Below are positions 61,320-64,000 of a stretch of 64,000 nucleotides of DNA, piece by piece. Below the pieces are notes generated by a model. That model saw nothing but the letters and a program-made list of their open reading frames with translations, had not been told where the DNA came from and searched no databases. The position numbers and the translations under genes were made by a program. The stretch is from the sequence record NC_048182.1. One strand, written 5' to 3'. Position 1 is the stretch's first letter. Every line of letters begins with the position of its first letter.

Positions 61320-61890
61320 CATGTAGTAGGGTGAGCTACCCGATATCGTGCTGGTACCCTGGAAGGGACCTATTAGTCAAGATGAACGTCAAAGTTCAAG
61401 ACTGTATCGCAACTGTCGTTCGGGTAACTCAAGAGGTGCAGTAAGGCGTAAAGTAATCCGACGTGACATGCCTGTCTCGGTTTCTCTAGCTTACTGCAGA
61501 ATGGGTGCAACGTTCCCAACTCTGATAGATGTTTCTTTTTATAACCGCCCTGGAAGGTGTTCGGGTTCTACCTTCATAGATAAGACGAGCATCACCTCGC
61601 CATTGCATTCAGCTTATGCTACAGGACATTCTATCAGCGCGTCGCTGCGTCGCCGAGGCTAACCAGGGCAACACCCACCAGAGGCTACTTACAGTAGCGG
61701 ACTTATAAGCCGCCGTTCACCGTCTGGATTTTCCTGAGTAGTAGCGTACTCAGGTTTTGCCTTCTCCAGCACTCGGGGAGGTGAGACCCCAAACCAGAGA
61801 AGGTCTTACAACCAATCTCAGTCGACTGGCAGACCCCTGTTATTAGCCCGCATGGCATATAACCCAGATCTACACTTCCCGACACATCGG
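61320..61890 (-). ncRNA. Large structured ncRNA candidate (about 570 nt)
   Basis: No credible ORF. At least ten helices, including 11-bp and 9-bp multiloop closers and an 8-bp pseudoknot. Wobble pairs favour the minus strand. Confidence 0.7.
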
Positions 61891-61893
61891 TTG

Positions 61894-62166
61894 TTATGCT
61901 GTTGCCATTTCCGGAGCATTGTCCGGATTAGCCAGCGTTTTCACCAAACCTTCGTAACCGCCTTTAATAAAGACGTCATCAACGAAGATCTGAGGAACAG
62001 TACGAACCACTTCACCGCAGATCTCAGACAGCTTTTCGCCATTGATACCTGCTTCAACGATGTTGATGTACTCAATTTCCAGACCTTTTTCTTCGGCCAG
62101 GGCTTTAGCACGATCACACCATGGGCAATTTGGTTTGCCATAGATCTTAACAACTTTGGTTTCCAT
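61894..62166 (-). CDS. Glutaredoxin
   Basis: CPWC active site, TVPQIF and GGY. Confidence 0.93.
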   Translation of the reverse strand: METKVVKIYGKPNCPWCDRAKALAEEKGLEIEYINIVEAGINGEKLSEICGEVVRTVPQIFVDDVFIKGGYEGLVKTLANPDNAPEMATA

Positions 62167-62174
62167 TATAGTTC

Positions 62175-62300
62175 CTAACCAATAGTAATGTGAATAAAAC
62201 TGAACAGCCAGATCAGACCTTCAATGGTGGCCCAGCCAGCTATTGCGCAGATCAGACCGAAAATTACGATCATTCCTGTCCAGGATCCGGAGAACCACAT
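62175..62300 (-). CDS. Small membrane protein (41 aa), absent from the ORF track
   Basis: AAGGTG RBS; MWFSGSWTGMIVIFGLICAIAGWATIEGLIWLFSFIHITIG. Confidence 0.65.
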   Translation of the reverse strand: MWFSGSWTGMIVIFGLICAIAGWATIEGLIWLFSFIHITIG

Positions 62301-62320
62301 AGGTCACCTTTTGAAGTTGT

Positions 62321-62514
62321 AGAGGATCTCGAGAGTTGAACTCAACTTATCATTCAGTACAGTTGAAGTAGAGTTGTCTATCTTCACCGCTAATGGGTTC
62401 ACGACTAAGTCGCTAGAGCATAACTGAACTTGTGTCCCACGACACGACCCTCATTGATTAGGCTCGAGGTCAGGACTTTAACCTAACTACTGCGACGTCT
62501 TCAATGACATCCTC
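62321..62514 (-). ncRNA. tRNA-like structured element (about 190 nt)
   Basis: T-arm UUGAG-UUCAACU-CUCGA followed by GAUCCUC, which can pair with GAGGAU at 62514; several internal hairpins. Confidence 0.35.
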
Positions 62515-62620
62515 GAAGTTGGAATTACACACCGAGCAACCGATAGGTGGGAAGTGGATCCCAGGTATGCACTTTAGGCCCTGGCCTGTTGTACCCCGGT
62601 TGTACTCGATATGTAATATT

Positions 62621-62706
62621 TGGTGGTAGAGGAAGGATTTGAACCTACGAAGCCCGAAGGCAACAGATTTACAGTCTGCTCTCGTTGACCGCTTGAGTAC
62701 TCTACC
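62621..62706 (-). tRNA. trnY: tRNA-Tyr (GTA), class II, CCA encoded
   Basis: GGTAGAG acceptor, anticodon arm GCAGA-CTGTAAA-TCTGT, long variable arm, GTTCAAATC T-loop, ends ACCA. Confidence 0.96.
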
Positions 62707-62714
62707 TTAATACT

Positions 62715-62858
62715 TTACTTTCCCTTCAGTGCTTTCTCTAAAGGGCTTGAAACTTTCTTAGCGAACACATTGTTAGGTTGTTTCTTGTAAATCGCCTGGT
62801 TAACTAGAGTTTTAGTTAATTGGGGATTGAGATGAGGAAACCCACTTGGTGTTCTCAT
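62715..62858 (-). CDS. Small basic protein (47 aa), absent from the ORF track
   Basis: ATGA overlap with the upstream stop; MRTPSGFPHL...EKALKGK. Confidence 0.5.
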   Translation of the reverse strand: MRTPSGFPHLNPQLTKTLVNQAIYKKQPNNVFAKKVSSPLEKALKGK

Positions 62859-63364
62859 TTGGCAGGTCCGGTATGTTGATTACCAGTACCGCTGTGGATG
62901 TTCACATGAGGGGAATTAATCTTAAAGTTACCGCCTACCATATGAACCGTCCCGGCATTCACATCAACGGTAACATCTTTCTTACCATTGATTACTGAAA
63001 CTGTTACACCAGTCTCGCTGATGATATACGCTTCCACATCAGAAGTAATATATTCAATGCGAGTCTCTGGATCATCGACGTAGCGTTTGTGAATTAACAC
63101 AGCTACACAGTTATGCGGAAGATTCAAATCTCCGGCAAACTCGCCAATCTGTTTTGTTTCCGGACAGACTCGATACAGATCCCAGATATCCCATATATAC
63201 TTAACTGATTCATGGCTTAATACTGGGAGAACCCCTTTACCGTTCAACCATTCTTCTCTGATTTTATTAACCGCATCAACGGTTTCATCTGCAGATAAGA
63301 AAGTAGCATTCAGATCTAAAGTCGACGGGATTTGATTTGGGGTACGAATGGTTTTCAATAACAT
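62855..63364 (-). CDS. Hypothetical phage protein
   Basis: 169 aa with the C-terminal motif EAYIISETGVTVSVIN. Confidence 0.7.
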   Translation of the reverse strand: MLLKTIRTPNQIPSTLDLNATFLSADETVDAVNKIREEWLNGKGVLPVLSHESVKYIWDIWDLYRVCPETKQIGEFAGDLNLPHNCVAVLIHKRYVDDPETRIEYITSDVEAYIISETGVTVSVINGKKDVTVDVNAGTVHMVGGNFKINSPHVNIHSGTGNQHTGPAK

Positions 63365-63410
63365 GCTTTATCTCACTTAGTTTTGTTAGTAGGAGGTTTA
63401 GCTGTTTGTG

Positions 63411-63776
63411 AATAACCCGCTTTTCATTTAAGGAAGCGCTGATCCCGAAGGAGGGCTGCGGGTTACTATTGTGAGCCGCTATTGCTAAGCTCAGTTCTAT
63501 CACAGTCGTAACAGAACAAGGTGCCGAACTTAATCGGTTGCTTTGCGACTATCTTCATCAATTTAACCTTAAGAGACACCGTGGTCAGTTTAAGGCAGAA
63601 GAGGGAGTCTATCCAAATTGTTAATGGCTTATATTATCCATGATCGCCACTTCATGGAAAATCCCTTATATACCTAGGCAACCATTAGGTTGATTTGGAT
63701 TCCAAGGGGAGGTACCTCGGGTAGCTCTGTAGTCGAGCAGTCGATCCATGGCAAAATTTACTTTGACTACAGAGCT
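63411..63776 (-). ncRNA. Second structured RNA candidate (about 370 nt)
   Basis: Intergenic region tiled by helices: a 12-bp perfect stem, an 8-bp multiloop stem, a 10-bp hairpin with G.U pairs and a UUCG hairpin. Confidence 0.55.
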
Positions 63777-63812
63777 TTGTTCTTAACAGAATATAGTAAT
63801 CAGCTTAAATTA

Positions 63813-64000
63813 TTAAGCTGGGATGTATTCCACCCAATCATGACCCATCTGATCGCTAACCGAAGGAACCCAGGTATTTACCGTACCGGTGACCGTGTTA
63901 ACAATAACGAAGAAAGGTTCGATGTATGGCTGTACGCCATTTGGGAGTTCTACATCAGTGGCACGGACAGAACCATGTAACTGGACATAAAGTCCTTTAC
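63813..64000 (-). CDS. DUF2829/Tad2-like protein, 5'-truncated by the window edge
   Basis: GKGLYVQL...PYIEPFFVIVNT...TWVPSVSDQMGHDWVEY matches the recalled DUF2829 pattern NGKGM.V.L...PW.PS..D..A.DW. Confidence 0.7.
   Translation of the reverse strand, partial: KGLYVQLHGSVRATDVELPNGVQPYIEPFFVIVNTVTGTVNTWVPSVSDQMGHDWVEYIPA

Noticed and set aside
61715-61740. RNase P RNA: CAGGAAAAUCC resembles GAGGAAAGUCC after a P3-like hairpin
   Set aside because: No complementary ACAGAA...GGCUUA 3' P4 strand in a suitable position.
61700-61840. tmRNA: the GGGGTCTG...TCGAC start and a GCA AAA CCT GAG TAC GCT frame resemble tmRNA features
   Set aside because: No matching T-arm, acceptor or CCA 3' end downstream, no G3.U70, and the tag frame does not stop early. 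A permuted form using the T-arm at 62330 would need two genes inside the intervening segment.
61348-61885. ORF-track ORFs 61348-61662 (+) and 61703-61885 (-)
   Set aside because: No RBS, atypical composition, and they overlap a helix-dense region better explained as ncRNA.
61320-61890. Group I or group II intron
   Set aside because: No P/Q/R/S core, no GUGCG start or domain V motif, and no interrupted host gene.
62321-62400. tRNA-Sec (CUUCAA loop, GAUCCUCU end)
   Set aside because: The anticodon stem does not pair, and there is no suitable 5' acceptor strand or D-arm.
62410-62500. Twister-sister ribozyme (hairpin loop UUAAAGU, GCUCU)
   Set aside because: Conserved UGCAAGU and C-A cleavage-site nucleotides are not matched.
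62560-62620. Theta (HDV-like) ribozyme at the tRNA 3' end
   Set aside because: The trailer starts with AAUAUU rather than a G-initiated P1, and no P3/L3/J4-2 arrangement could be built.
63545-63612. Group I intron P7 (AGACU...AAGAUAGUC)
   Set aside because: P3/P4/P6 geometry is not satisfiable and no exons are evident.
1-64000. CRISPR array, transposase or alternative genetic code
   Set aside because: No regularly spaced repeats, no transposase motifs, and long genes read through cleanly in code 11.

Overview
This is a 64-kb segment of a phiKZ-like (Chimalliviridae-type, probably nucleus-forming) jumbo myophage. Gene order resembles the late/structural half of SPN3US-like enterobacterial phages; that assignment comes from motif recognition and recalled synteny, not a database search. 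Core genes: RNase H-like protein, SNF2-type helicase, UvsX/RecA, four virion RNA polymerase subunits (betaC, beta'N, betaN, beta'M), baseplate-hub-like protein, 2433-aa tape-measure-like protein with a GH19 lysozyme domain, modular endolysin, prohead protease, tail tube, tail sheath, baseplate proteins, large terminase, thymidylate kinase and glutaredoxin. An early-promoter accessory island (about 34.6-46.9 kb) holds several paralog arrays, a probably inactive protease copy, DnaB-fragment-like proteins and an HD hydrolase. The most striking feature is an RNA-rich minus-strand block at 61.2-63.8 kb. It contains tRNA-Tyr, a canonical type I hammerhead ribozyme core at the 3' end of a roughly 570-nt pseudoknotted non-coding RNA candidate, a roughly 190-nt tRNA-like element and a second roughly 370-nt structured element, all downstream of a Tad2/DUF2829-like gene. 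All RNA structures were derived by hand from complementarity and need computational and experimental confirmation.
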